This document shows, piece by piece, positions 11,470 through 23,173 of a DNA stretch of 64,000 bases. A program made the translations under genes and the position numbers. Under the pieces are notes generated by a model, which was not told the origin of the DNA, did no database searches, and saw only the letters and a program-made list of their open reading frames with translations. Positions within the stretch are counted from its first letter, which is position 1. Each line of letters starts with the position of its first letter. Location: assembly GCA_965112155.1 (NCBI GenBank), contig OZ218099.1. One strand, given 5' to 3'. The stretch is from Podarcis liolepis. Lineage: Eukaryota.

Positions 11470-12877
11470 GGCAGGTCAAGTGCCAAGAAATGGGGGGGGG
11501 GGGTTGGGGCGAGCAAGGCAGTCTGCTGGCAGGAGCAAGGGAAAACACAGGTGTGATTCAGAGAACAACCTGTGATGGTGGTTGCAATGATGGAAGAGTG
11601 AAGCAGAATGTTTGGATGGGACCTAGGTTAGGTGTTGGCGAATCTGGTACTTCTGGGCAAGGCCAAAGAGCTATGGTAGAATTGTTCACCAGGTCCCAGA
11701 ATTGCCCTGATGCTGCAAGATTGCTGCTGGCAAAAGTGCTTCAGTGTACAGGATTTTTATTCAAGGTGAGGAACTGATATTTGCATCTGCCATATGTAGT
11801 ATCTTTGTCTCAGAGGAATGTGCTACCGCTGTTGTTCTTCCCTCTGATCAGTTTCTTGGCAGACGCCCAACCTTGGATCAGAATTATGTCCGTTTGCTGA
11901 GTATTTCATTGTCTGCAGTTGGGGCCATACTATATATAATGATACAGAAAACTAGTGCTTTAAGCAAGAGTCTGTCCCATTCATATGTAAAGCAGGGGAT
12001 ACAATTTAAATCTCAAAAGGGGCATAGGCAAGGAGTTGCTTGACCCTTCACCTTTCACGTATCTGACCTTGGAGAAGTGTCGTGAGAGGATTCTTGACAT
12101 AACATTGAAATTGAGATTTTCTCTTTTTGTCATATGCCACTATAAATGGATCTGTTGAAATGCCACTCTGATGTACTTCTTTATGCAAATGCTAAGCAAG
12201 TGTTCTGTAAAGCTTTGAAATTTAACGCTGGATTGCCCAGTGTTGCATTTGTAGTTTCAATCTGTTTCAACAATATGGTCGTAACCCGTTATTTTGCAGT
12301 ATGAAAGAGGATCACAAGGACTTGTGTAGGCAAAATGTCTCTTAAATTCAGCTATGTTTTCTGCTTGTAATACACTTAGTTCTTACATTAGTTCCTGGAA
12401 AAAGTACGTTTTCTGAGCCATTGAGAATGATCTTGGAACTTTCCATGGCACAGTTTGCTCAACTGAATACTAAGAAGAAGCAGTACAATTTCTGTGTTGA
12501 CCATTATTTTTTTACCTAACTTATAGAATTTCTCTCTCTCCTCCCTCCTTTCACTGTAAATGATTTCAAAGCACCTTGCAACAATAAAAACAAATAAATC
12601 AGACAAAAATGCACTGTCAAAAAGCATTTAAATCACACGTATAGAAACAGCAGAGCCAGTATAAACAGTATCTAATTTTTTTAAGAGAGATGTTCAATAC
12701 TACTACAACCATGGGAGGATAGGACAGATTTTTCCTCGCTCCTGAAAGGTAACTAAGATGGTGTTATGCAGACATGTCTAGGAGGAGAACTGGCTCCAAC
12801 AAGTCTAGTATCCATCCGGTGACTGGGAATGTTATCATATAAATTCTGTAATTACTTTGAATTTCTCTACACTTTAG

Positions 12878-13067
12878 GATGAACTTTCTGATGTTAGCCA
12901 AGCAGGTTCCAAATGTACTACGCCAGTCTTAACTGCTGCTTCAGATGTCCTTGCGCCTGCTGAATCTCCCTCGAAAGACCACAAGGAAGGGCTTGAGAAG
13001 GACTCCGATATAGGGAACAAGAACATTGAAGTGCAAGTAGCCCAAGAAACAAGAAATGTGTCTATTG
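12878..13067 (+). CDS. SPAG9: SPAG9 exon DELSDVSQAGSK...IEVQVAQETRNVSI
   Basis: ctttag|GATGAA...TCTATTG|gtaag; 190 nt, phase 0 to 1. Confidence 0.95.
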
Positions 13068-13758
13068 GTAAGTTCCTAGAATAGATTGTGTGGCTAGAGC
13101 CAATACTATGCACACTTTAAAACTGAATTTTTTTTCTGTCTTACGTGTAAATATGTGTGCGTACTAATTTCCAGAAGAATAGTTATTGATTAATATTTAG
13201 AGGAACGGGTGATGTTCTTGATTAATATTTAGGAAACATGGTGTTCTTGTGTAATAAGGTGCAAGTATGTTTGGGTGTGGTTATCACACTGGAGTTGGGG
13301 ACAAAATTGTCCCCATGGCTTCCAAATCCATTGTATGGTCTATGAAGTATAAATATTCATACCTCCTTTATGTACTTAAATCAATAAAATGTCCTTAGAA
13401 CAAATTAATAAAATGTTAAAGATCTATAAACTGGAAAAAAACCTATTTCTTATATGGAAATGTGTTTTGTGCAGAAAGTGTCTTCTTTGTGAAGTCACCC
13501 TTGCAGTAAAAAATTACTGTAACATTTAAGGGGCAATGGAGTGGCCATTTAACTTGTTGCCAGTGTAATTTTATAGTTCAGATGTCTGTTCAGCCGTGAA
13601 TCTCTCTGGTCTTTGGCAGTGCTTAATCTCATAATTTAGCCATTGCTTCATTTGGGTTGCTGTGGAATTAAAATAAGATACATAGTAGTTCCCTTAAGCT
13701 CTTGGGATAGGATGAAAAAGAAATGGGAATAGATAGTTACTTCTGATCTGTTCCCCAG

Positions 13759-13858
13759 GTTCTAATGAAAATGAAGACAAATCTGAAGTTCAGGCAATCA
13801 TCGAATCCACTCCAGAGCTGGATATGGATAAAGACCTTAGTGGATATAAAGGGTCAAG
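13759..13858 (+). CDS. SPAG9: SPAG9 exon SNENEDKSEVQAIIESTPELDMDKDLSGYKGS
   Basis: ccccag|GTTCT...TCAAG|gtattt; 100 nt, phase 1 to 2. Confidence 0.96.
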
Positions 13859-14390
13859 GTATTTTGCTGAACACTTCTTATCAGTAAAGATCTTCGGGTG
13901 GGGGAATGTACAGGGCAGGGTTCAGCTTAGGTTGTTGCATGTGTGGAAGAGGTCCATTCATGCACTGGGCCTTTCCCCCCACCTCCTGTGCACCCCCATA
14001 CCCCCTAGGCCTGCTCCGTATGACTGGGGAAACCCTCCAGAACAGGTTTAAGTGAAGGCGGGGGTGGGAGGAAGTCCCATTGCGCAGCAGACCTTGTTCC
14101 CTGCATGCATACTTAATGCTATGTTGAATTCCACTTATAAGCTCCCAACAGTCTTGTTGGGCTGATGCCAGGACCCCAAAGGCCCATACGTGGCCCACGT
14201 TGCATAGGACGCTTGGGAATGTCTGAAGCAATACAGTTGCCCACTGTGCTGCTGCTCTGCTTTTGACTGCCTGTCCGCCCAGTGCAAAGGGTCCTGATCT
14301 GCCGAGAAGATCAGAGCAGTGTGTTATGCAGCAGTCATTGTCCTTTTACTCAGGGTCTTCCAGGAGAGCTAAGAACAGTGTGTGTGAGAG

Positions 14391-14691
14391 CAGTGGCGAA
14401 GCTGCATGCTCTGCTACTGGGGGCAGAGAGCAGGCGGGGGTGTGGCTGGCGCCCTGGAGGGCGTGGCATGTTGTCCGTGGGGGTGTGGCACGCATCCCGG
14501 GGGTGTGGCACACCGCCTGTGAGGGCGTGGCTTGCGTTCTGGGGGCGTGGTGTGCCACCTGTGGGGGCATGGCGTCTGGCACGCGGGTGGGTGTGCGGCG
14601 CATGTCCGGGGAGGCCGCCGCGATGTCACCCTATTGGAATAGTGGTGCCAAGGGTGGTCTGCGCCCTCCGCACCCCGTTCCTCCGCCAGTG
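14391..14691. mobile_element. GC-rich non-autonomous hAT-like MITE with internal ~21-bp GGGGYGTGGC repeats
   Basis: Imperfect TIRs CAGTGGCGAAG / CTCCGCCAGTG; decayed 8-bp TSD tgtgagag/caagagag. Confidence 0.6.
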
Positions 14692-15005
14692 CAAGAGAGT
14701 CTTGTGCTGCTTCTGATCTGCTTAAGTGCTCCAGAATGCAAGGGCAGAGGGCTCTTGGAGTGAGAAGTTAAGGAGGGCTGAGCTCCTACTGGTGCTGTGG
14801 GGAGGTGGGCCAGAGGAAAGGAGTGAAAGCCAGTCAAGTGGATGAAAGGAAGAGTAACCCAGGTCACGAGCTGTGCATTTGGGGTAAGTGGGGAGGAAGC
14901 ATTACCTTGACACATGTCTCTGCCCCTTGACAGTTAAGCGCACCCACTGGTAGGTTTCTAGCACATAATTCTAGAGACACACCTGACTGTAATGCCTGAC
15001 TTATA

Positions 15006-15145
15006 TTGGCGGTTGCCAATGTGACACCCTCCAGATGTTGTTGGACTACAACTCCCATCATCCTCAGTTGTTGGCCATGCTAGCTGAGGGTTTATGGATG
15101 TTGTAGTCCAACAAAATCTGGAGGGCACCACGTTGGCTACCGCTG
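15006..15145. mobile_element. Foldback MITE (ggactacaactcccatc family)
   Basis: Inverted arms ccctccagatgttgttggactacaac / gttgtagtccaacaaaatctggaggg. Confidence 0.7.
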
Positions 15146-15312
15146 CTTATTGCTGTGTTAGCTTTTATGGGCTGGAACCCACATTGTCAGACGCGTGAAG
15201 TGATTTAGAAGACCATGTGCCCACACACATTGACACTCATTTGTGTGCGTATATTTACATATTTTTAAAACTTTTATTCTCCTGACTTTTAAATTCCAAT
15301 TCTGTTGTGCAG

Positions 15313-15434
15313 CACACCTACCAAAGGCATAGAGAACAAAGCATTTGATCGTAATACAGAATCACTGTTCGAAGAACTATCTTCTGCTGGCACTGGTCTG
15401 ATAGGGGATGTGGATGAAGGAGCAGACCTACTGG
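15313..15434 (+). CDS. SPAG9: SPAG9 exon [40 protein letters not shown]
   Basis: gtgcag|CACACC...CTACTGG|gtaagt; 122 nt, phase 2 to 1. Confidence 0.97.
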
Positions 15435-18197
15435 GTAAGTGGGTATTCTAAAAAAAATCCTGTTGATTTCCCTCCATTTCTTCAGCTTAAGAACTGTGAA
15501 GGTAATTGTTCTGTGAGAGTTGAGGAATGAAGTTGTTGAGAAAAGTATTCATGTTCAGTACTTAGTTTTAAGTAAGTTTCTTCTATATATAAAATGCTTA
15601 TTAATTAAAAATGGTGAAGTTGAAAACATTCAGTCTCCTACATGAGGTTTTTACCAAAGGGAGTCTTTTGACTATTTATTCAGATCTCTGCTTTAGTGCA
15701 GCCCTGGTTTCACTCAGAAGTAAGTTCCATTGAGTCCCTGATAGGTTTGGGTAAGGTTTGAGTGCAGGTGTAGTAGCTACTCACTAGCTAAGAAGGAAGA
15801 AGGAAGTCATGTGACATGGGGAGGATATCTGAAACAGCCCCCAGAACCACCAGCCTGTACAATAATATGCAGAGGCACAAGACTACCTAAATATTAAGTG
15901 AATCTAGCATTTGCTCTGAGTTTTTAAGGACTGGTGAAATAACCAGTTTAATTTGGTAAATAGCAAGCTGAAAATAGAGCCCTCATTGGCTGCTCCTGTC
16001 TCTTTCGTTCATCAGCCTACAAGGGCAGGAGGGGCCTCATTTCTGAAATACATTCATCTAGAGGTCCCTCTCGATACCCTTTCTAACAACCCCCATCCAG
16101 ATCCATTACAGCCTAGATGATTTTGCCAGATCGGAACTTCTCCACCAGCTATAGTTAAAGGAGATGAGCCCAGTTCCACAGTCAGTTCTGTTAAAGAATG
16201 TAAGACTATCCCCATTAGGAGGGTGCTAAACCTACATAATAAATAAACCTAGCACTGCTCAAACTTTGTAGATTCCAATTTGATGCAAATCAAGGCCCAA
16301 TAGCAGTTTGGTGGGCTGGTTCTTGCAGGCTGTCAGCAGATGTCTTTTGCAGTGTCAAACATTCGCATCATATGGAATCAGTAAGCCAGATGCCTCTATA
16401 GCAGCCCTATACTCCACTGTAAGAGGGGCACATTTTGTAATGTACACTATTTCCCCAAGCAGATTTTCTATTTTGGGTCACGAAGAAGACCAAAGAGGCC
16501 CATTTAAAAGGATCAGAAAAAGGCAAATGTTTGTAATTGCTAAATATTATTTTGGATAGTGAGCCTAAGATTCTAGCTAGCCATGGGCACAATAGAAGAT
16601 GAAGGTTTGGTTACTGAGTGGAAAAACTCAAGCTGAATGGGATTCGCCTGCCCCTCTCTCTCCTGTGCTTCCAGAAAAGTCTCTAGAGGGTCAGTGGCCC
16701 CTTCTGAAGAGCACGTGATGGGCTGCAGTGGGAAGAGGGAATCGCCCAAAATCAGCTGTAGGCCAAGTTTGCAAAATGTCATATTTGCAGAACTACAAGC
16801 GAGACCTCGAAAGCAGATTTAAATTCAGCAAATGGAATAGTAGTCTATAAGTACTCACAGAAGGAAACAATGTTGACAAGGGAGTGTTTCCAGCTGATCG
16901 GGAAGAAAAATAGACAACTACCCAGTTGTGTCGCATCTCTGGGATGGTTGCCATGACTTTGTGTGAAAATGTCAGAATTGTTCAGGTTAGCCAGAATCCT
17001 CACTTCCTTTTAGTGTACATGCCTGAACTGTGTAACCCAAGCACAAGCATTAAAGGGCCAGGTGGTCGAGCTCAACTGCCGTGCTCCCCCTGATAGAGCA
17101 CATATGTGTGCCTTCTCCATACCACACACTCCAGGTTCTGTTGAGCAATTGAGGTAGGCCAATATCACTTGGCAACTGCGGCTAGTGGGATTGCTGTTTT
17201 GTCTGTTTCCCTATGGCACAACTTCATTTTTATGCTACAATGTCAGCACAGCACGGTATATGCCAGGCACCGCTGCAGTCACAGGAATGAAAATAAAGGT
17301 TTCAGTAGTAGTTCTGCTCTTTCTGGAGTTGAGCAGGAAACATGCCCTGGTATAGCCCAGGTGCCAGGATTTTTTTATTTTTTATTATTGGAAGGTAGTT
17401 ACCCTAGTTACAAAACTCTGCATGTAGCCTCAGCTAGAATTATGCGTTTCAACAGATGTGCTGCAGATACTCAAGTACATTTTCTTCTCTTTGTGGTGGG
17501 CAATATAAATTTCATTCATCTATTTCAAACAGCATTTATGATTTGACTTTATTTAAAAATTAAAAAAGCATTACAAGTATTTGGCTTTCGAAAAAGGGGG
17601 GTCACATATGTAGCTTGGTGAATAGCATCAGTCTTCTCCATTCGTTGTCCTCTGAAATTAAGTTGGCTGATTTGAATGAATATACGATGGACAGCATTAA
17701 CTAGTGAAATGGAGAGTCTTGACTCTACTGATGTCCTTTTAATGGGTTTATTAATGAGTTGCTTTTAAAGCTCTTGATGTCTGTTTTAAGAGAGGGTTGC
17801 AAAGACAACTCGCATAGCCCGGATTAGGGACGAGGAACCTGCTACCCTCCTGATGTTGGTGGAGCACAGTTTCCATCACTCCTGACCTTTGGCCATTGTG
17901 GCTGGATGGGAATAGAATCCAACATTTGAAGGGTAGGAGGACCCCAGACTTTAGCCTGGATCTTCTAGGATTTGAAGGGAAACGACTGAATGCGGCAGAA
18001 TAATCCTAATGTGTTTATACAGAAGTCCTACTGAATTCAGTGGGACCCAGTTTGAAATAAGTGTGCATTTTGTATGAAATGCCTTGTTTTATAGCGTGAT
18101 ATACAATATATCTGCTGTTTGACTTATGGAGCATGGTTCCACAATGTTAGTTTACATGGGATTCTCCAATTTTCTTTCTCTTGGGCTGCATACCCAG

Positions 18198-18209
18198 GGG
18201 AATATTCTG
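18198..18209 (+). CDS. SPAG9: 12-nt microexon GGGAATATTCTG, adds (G)EYS
   Basis: ttttctttctcttgggctgcatacccag|GGGAATATTCTG|gtgtgt; phase 1-1. It matches the GEFS insert I recall after GADLL in the paralog JIP3. Confidence 0.8.
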
Positions 18210-18864
18210 GTGTGTATGCTTTTTATATTTTCGAAAGTGATTGTTTTGAAGTTCAATATTCTTGGCTGCTGCTATCATAACATATGTTGTTATTTTGGTT
18301 TTTATCCTGCTTGGTATCTCCCCCCCCCCCAACCATTTTGTTTGATAATCGTTTCTCTGTTAGGGACACCAGCAGTTAAAAGTGTAGTGCAAATAACTCA
18401 AGTCTATCTCTACGAACAGCACTTTTTGAAATCCTCAAAAAACTCAAACTTCAGCCACTTTTGAAGATAAGACCCATTATTTTCTACAGCTATAGGCAGA
18501 TACTGGCCCAAGTTCTGTCTTGTGAAACCACCCAAACATGGAGAAGCAGTTGGAAATAAGAACAGGGTTTGAAGTATTTTGTATTCTCATTTTGTATCCT
18601 CCCTGGGATCTTGGGATGAAGGGCAGTATAAACAAACAAACAAACAAACAAACCAGCAAACCTTCTGAAACCATCATGACTGTTTGCTGATCACTGAGTA
18701 CAGGGCCCCCTTCTTTTGTATTTAAAGCACAAGTACATGTCAAACGCATTGTAGGATGTAAATTGAAGAGCTGGCTAGTTGGAGGGCATGAAGAATGCAT
18801 TGTGATGCTGCTATCCTGGCAGAATGAGGGCAGGGTTCCTTTCTCCTGTGCAGCAAGTGCAGTA

Positions 18865-19034
18865 CATAGGAAGCTGCCTTATACTGATTCAGACCACAGA
18901 TCCACCTAGCTCAGCATTGGCAGCAGCTCCTCGGGGTTTCAGGCAGAGTTCTCTCCCATCCCTACCTGGAGATTGAACCTTCTTGAGACCTTCTGCGCGC
19001 AAAATAAGTGCTCTGCCATTGAGCTGCAGCCCCT
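18865..19034 (-). mobile_element. tRNA-derived squamate SINE (Squam2-like)
   Basis: The reverse complement starts aggggctgcagctcaatggcagagcac (A-box) and ends agtataaggcagcttcctatg. Confidence 0.7.
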
Positions 19035-19789
19035 CTCCAACAGGGAGACTTCTTGCAGGTGGATTTTGATCTGTGCATCTGCGCCAGCACTGTGAGAGCG
19101 GCCACATAAAAGCGAGATACCTTGTTTCCTTGGCATCAGTCAGCATTCCATGTGTTTTAGAGACTATGATCCTTATATCTCTAAAGAGTACATTCAGTAT
19201 GCTTAAGGAATCGAGGAGCAAGATATTGGCCTTGTTCCAGTGACTTCGTCCACTACTCCAGTGGGTGCACAGAGCTCCCCTCCTTGTGCAGGTACTTACC
19301 TGTTCATTTCAATAGAGTGGGCAGCTTGTGGTGTAAATATATGGACTTGCCCTCCCTGCCTCCTGCCAGGTGAGCAGTGCAGCCCATTTGCTGTGGAGAA
19401 GCACTAAATTACTACGTGCTTATTCTGTTTGAGTTTTGCAAATACATGTGTAAATAGCAAATACGTTTCAACGCTATACACATTTTAGCAGGGTCTTAAT
19501 TTTCCTAGATTTGCCCAGAAACCTGTAACCTTTTATTGGCCTATGTTCTAAGATTGATGTAAGAAGCGAAGGCCAGTTTAAATGCCCAGGGTTTATTTAT
19601 GGTGAGCCATCAAGAATGTAGCTATGACATTGCCACTTCCCCAAAATATTATTGGAATGTTATAACTTTATATACCTTTCAGAGGTCTGAAATGTGTAGC
19701 TGTTGGTATATTATAAGCTGTAAAGGTCATCCCCATAATGGACACTTTAACAAAGTAACAGCTGCCAGTGTTTGTAACACCATTTATAC

Positions 19790-19925
19790 CAAGCATCCCC
19801 AAACTCAGCCCTCCAGCTGTTTTGGGACTACAATTCCCATCATTCCTGACCACTGGTCCTGTTAGCTAGGGATGATGGGAGTTGTAGTCCCAAAACAGCT
19901 GGAGGGCCGAGTTTGGGGATGCCTG
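19790..19925. mobile_element. Foldback hAT-type MITE
   Basis: Near-perfect ~55-bp inverted arms; perfect 8-bp TSD ATTTATAC at 19782-19789 and 19926-19933. Confidence 0.9.
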
Positions 19926-20164
19926 ATTTATACCAACAAACCATGTACGGTCTCCACTGTCCCTTCCCCAAAAAGATACTGCAGTGATGGGAAAAGAACA
20001 TTTTCTGCCTTGTGGAAACCCTTAAGCATTTGGGACTTTAGGAAAAGAAAAAGGGGTGATGTGGGACAGGTAAATTATGTGTGGCTTGGAAAGATTAGAT
20101 GGGTGGGTGTGTCCTTTTGGCTTTGCCTTGGGGTCATTAAGTTAAATTGGGCACTACCTTATTT

Positions 20165-20166
<2 letters not shown>

Positions 20167-20203
<37 letters not shown>
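20167..20203. repeat. (GT)n microsatellite
   Basis: Read directly from the sequence. Confidence 0.95.
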
Positions 20204-20205
<2 letters not shown>

Positions 20206-20827
20206 CACACCCACCCACACCCACGCCTTCATCAAAAAGAACCAAGGAAAGTAATTCAAAACGAATCAAAGAAAGAAGTGCGTGGCTGACATGCAACCCA
20301 TAATTAACTGATCAAATTCCCTATTTTAAAATGTGGTGGTGGCCATGGGCAGGTGGCTTCAAGAGGCAGTGGCAGGAGGTGGGATTAGTCAGTCTTGAAG
20401 GGTGTAGGTCTTTCTACAACCTCCCTGGCTAAATGGAACCCCTATTTTCAGCAGTGATACCTTTCGGGATTTAGATTCCTGGGGACAAACTAAAGAAGAA
20501 AGGCTGTTGCTTTCATAGCCTCTTTACAGGTTTCTTGGAGGTTCCAATGTTAGAGATGGGATGCCGGACTAGAGCAATGCTTGGTCCACTGAGGCTTCTC
20601 CTAGATCTTGACCATTCTTTTTGACACTACTCTCTTTTAACTGTTTATGTCTTACTATATGAGTCATTTTTAAATCAGAACATAATTTGGCTTCAGGTGT
20701 TTACTGCTGGCTTTGCTTTGAAATCACTCACATCTCTAGTATTGTGCTGTACCTCACTCATACTCCTCTCCTTACATGAAATATTTCTTCTTCTTCTTGC
20801 TCTGCATGGGATTCATGGGCTTTAAAG

Positions 20828-20842
20828 ACCATAATTTCTTTG
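20828..20842 (+). CDS. SPAG9: 15-nt microexon ACCATAATTTCTTTG, adds DHNFF
   Basis: ttcttcttcttcttgctctgcatgggattcatgggctttaaag|ACCATAATTTCTTTG|gtaagg; phase 1-1. It corresponds to the VRDDFF insert I recall before GMGKEV in JIP3. Confidence 0.85.
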
Positions 20843-21506
20843 GTAAGGTATCATCTCATTTGGGGAACATTTGCAAGGGCGTTGCATTGTCTTTGAGCTT
20901 TTTCATGTTCTGCATCTCTTCTCTGTGTTGTGACACGGCTTTCAGCATCAAATATACGTAATTTAAATTTGTAGTGTAAACTTTAATTGATTTTCAACAC
21001 TTGTTTTAATACAATTTATTTTCTGCAAGAGCAGTTAAACATTGGATTCTTGGACTGAAAATATTTTGCATTGTTCTTCTGGGCTTCAGAGAGCCTACCT
21101 GTTGAACACTTTAAAAGTCCAGCAGCAAGATTTAGTTTTGAAAACTGTTGTTTTCAGCTATTAAGGAATCAGGTGCTTCAATAAACTCCAAGAACTATCC
21201 TACCTGCATAGGTTGTTCTTCCATTTTTATATTTTATTGACTGTTTGACAGGTGGCTTGAGAAGTAGTATGCAACACTATTAAATAAATGATTGAATACA
21301 TTTCAGTGGAGGAAGCTAATCTATGTGCAAGCAGTGCAGTTCCTTCCATTGAAATTAATGTGGAGTCCCACTTACATAGTAGCCCCACATGAACCTCGGA
21401 GCAGCATACACTAAACTCTGTATCAGGGTACATAAGTTTGAGAACTAACACTTGCACTAGTAATTTCAATGTTTTTAAGCTGTTTACTCTGTTCTGTCTT
21501 TGCAAG

Positions 21507-21564
21507 GAATGGGTCGTGAAGTTGAAAACCTTATCTTAGAAAATACACAACTGCTAGAAACCAA
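21507..21564 (+). CDS. SPAG9: SPAG9 exon GMGREVENLILENTQLLETK (start of leucine zipper II)
   Basis: tttgcaag|GAATGG...ACCAA|gtgagt; 58 nt, phase 1 to 2. Confidence 0.97.
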
Positions 21565-21782
21565 GTGAGTAACTTTTTCAGCTGTTGAACATAGAATTGC
21601 TTCTGCTAAACTTGTTTTAAAATTGATCATGTGACTGGTTACTGGTTCATAAAGGATATAATCAATTATTCCCAAGGCCCTTGTTCCATATATCTAGGTG
21701 ACAGATGTAGGTTAGTTGATGCTTTAGGTGTTTGCACTATTCTGATCTCTAATGGTTAATATAATTAATATAATAGGCTGTC

Positions 21783-21913
21783 TAGTCATGCTGGCCACAT
21801 GACCCAGAAAGCTGTCTCTGGACAATCGCCAGCTTCCTCGGCCTAAAGTGCCGCAGCCCCATAGTCTTCTTTGGCTGGACTTAACCATCCAGAGGTCCTT
21901 TACCTTTTACCTT
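21783..21913 (+). mobile_element. Sauria SINE 3' fragment
   Basis: tagtcatgctggccacatgacc...ggtcctttaccttttacctt tail. Confidence 0.8.
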
Positions 21914-22440
21914 ACATATTCCTTTAGTTCATGAAAGGTACAAAATTACAAAATGCACAGGGAATGTCAGAACACTAGAGCTTGGGTTTCTTAAGTGTAG
22001 CTGACTGTCAATAGCTTTAGGACAATCAGAAACAACTCTCCCTCGTTCACTAATTTGTTTGTTCCCAAGAGCAGTGCTTTTTTTCTCTTTAAAAACGTTT
22101 AGGGGTGCTCTCATTTTCCTACTTGAAATACTGCCCCTCAATGAGGCCAAACTTAGATTCACAAAATGTTTATGGGTATGCGTACCCCCCCCAAAAAGCA
22201 CTGTCCAAGATGATCTGCTTAGATGTCGCAGAGCTAGACTAGTTTAGGTGAGGCTGACGCTTTTGGGGCGCAGGGTTCACCAACCCTCTGGGGCCACACA
22301 CAGTTGTGGACATGGCCAAAAGAGGGCGTGGCCACTCAGCACTCTCACATGTGCGCAGACACCCACAGGCATACTGCTCCCCCCCCAGGTGTACAGATCA
22401 GATAAGGAGGTGGGTTATTGCCCAGTACTGTGTTCACTCA

Positions 22441-22699
22441 CTGTATTTTTCACTCTATAAGACGCACCAGACCACAAGACGCAACTAGTTTTTGGAGGAG
22501 GAAAACAAGAAAAAATATATTCTGAATCTCAGAAGCCAGAACAGCAAGAGGGATCGCTGCGCAGTGAAAGCAGCAATCCCTCTTGCTGTTCTGGCTTCTG
22601 GGATAGCTGCGCAGCCTGCATTTGCTCCATAAGACGCACACACATTTCCCCTTACTTTTTAGGAGGGAAAAAGTGAGTCTTACAGAGTAAAAAATACAG
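22441..22699. mobile_element. Tc1/mariner-type MITE with an internal 35-bp hairpin
   Basis: TIRs ctgtatttttcactctataagac / gtcttacagagtaaaaaatacag; right flank TA. Confidence 0.8.
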
Positions 22700-23173
22700 T
22701 AATCATTTTTGCTGCTGTCAAATTTAGAGGGGTCCTGGGGGGCAATATTAGACACCCCCCACCAAAACTGAGGGTTAGACAACCCTGGGCTAGTCCAATA
22801 TGGCATATTATACTATTTGCCGAATAAAAACAAATGTTGCAAACTATGTTTTGTGCAAGCTGTGAATAGAAACCAAACACAAAATATGAATCTGGGGCAG
22901 CCAGTGCCAACGTAGTGCTGCGGCAATTGTTCCATCAGTGCAAACATTTCAGCTGGCCAGATGTGGTGATGCACCCTCCCCATACTGCTCTGGGGATTCT
23001 CCTGGAGGAAGGCGTACTGCAGGCTTCCGCTAGTGGGACTCATTAGTTTCATACTGCCCAAAGCTATTTTTGTAAGTGGGGGGAGGGGTATAACTCTTTG
23101 TCGCTTGAATTCCTAGGATAGGATTGAAATAACGGTCGTAAAAATAAATAGATCAATTTCTGTGATACTGGTA

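Noticed and set aside
14263-14915. Stack of overlapping ORFs on both strands
   Set aside because: Caused by a GC-rich, stop-poor MITE
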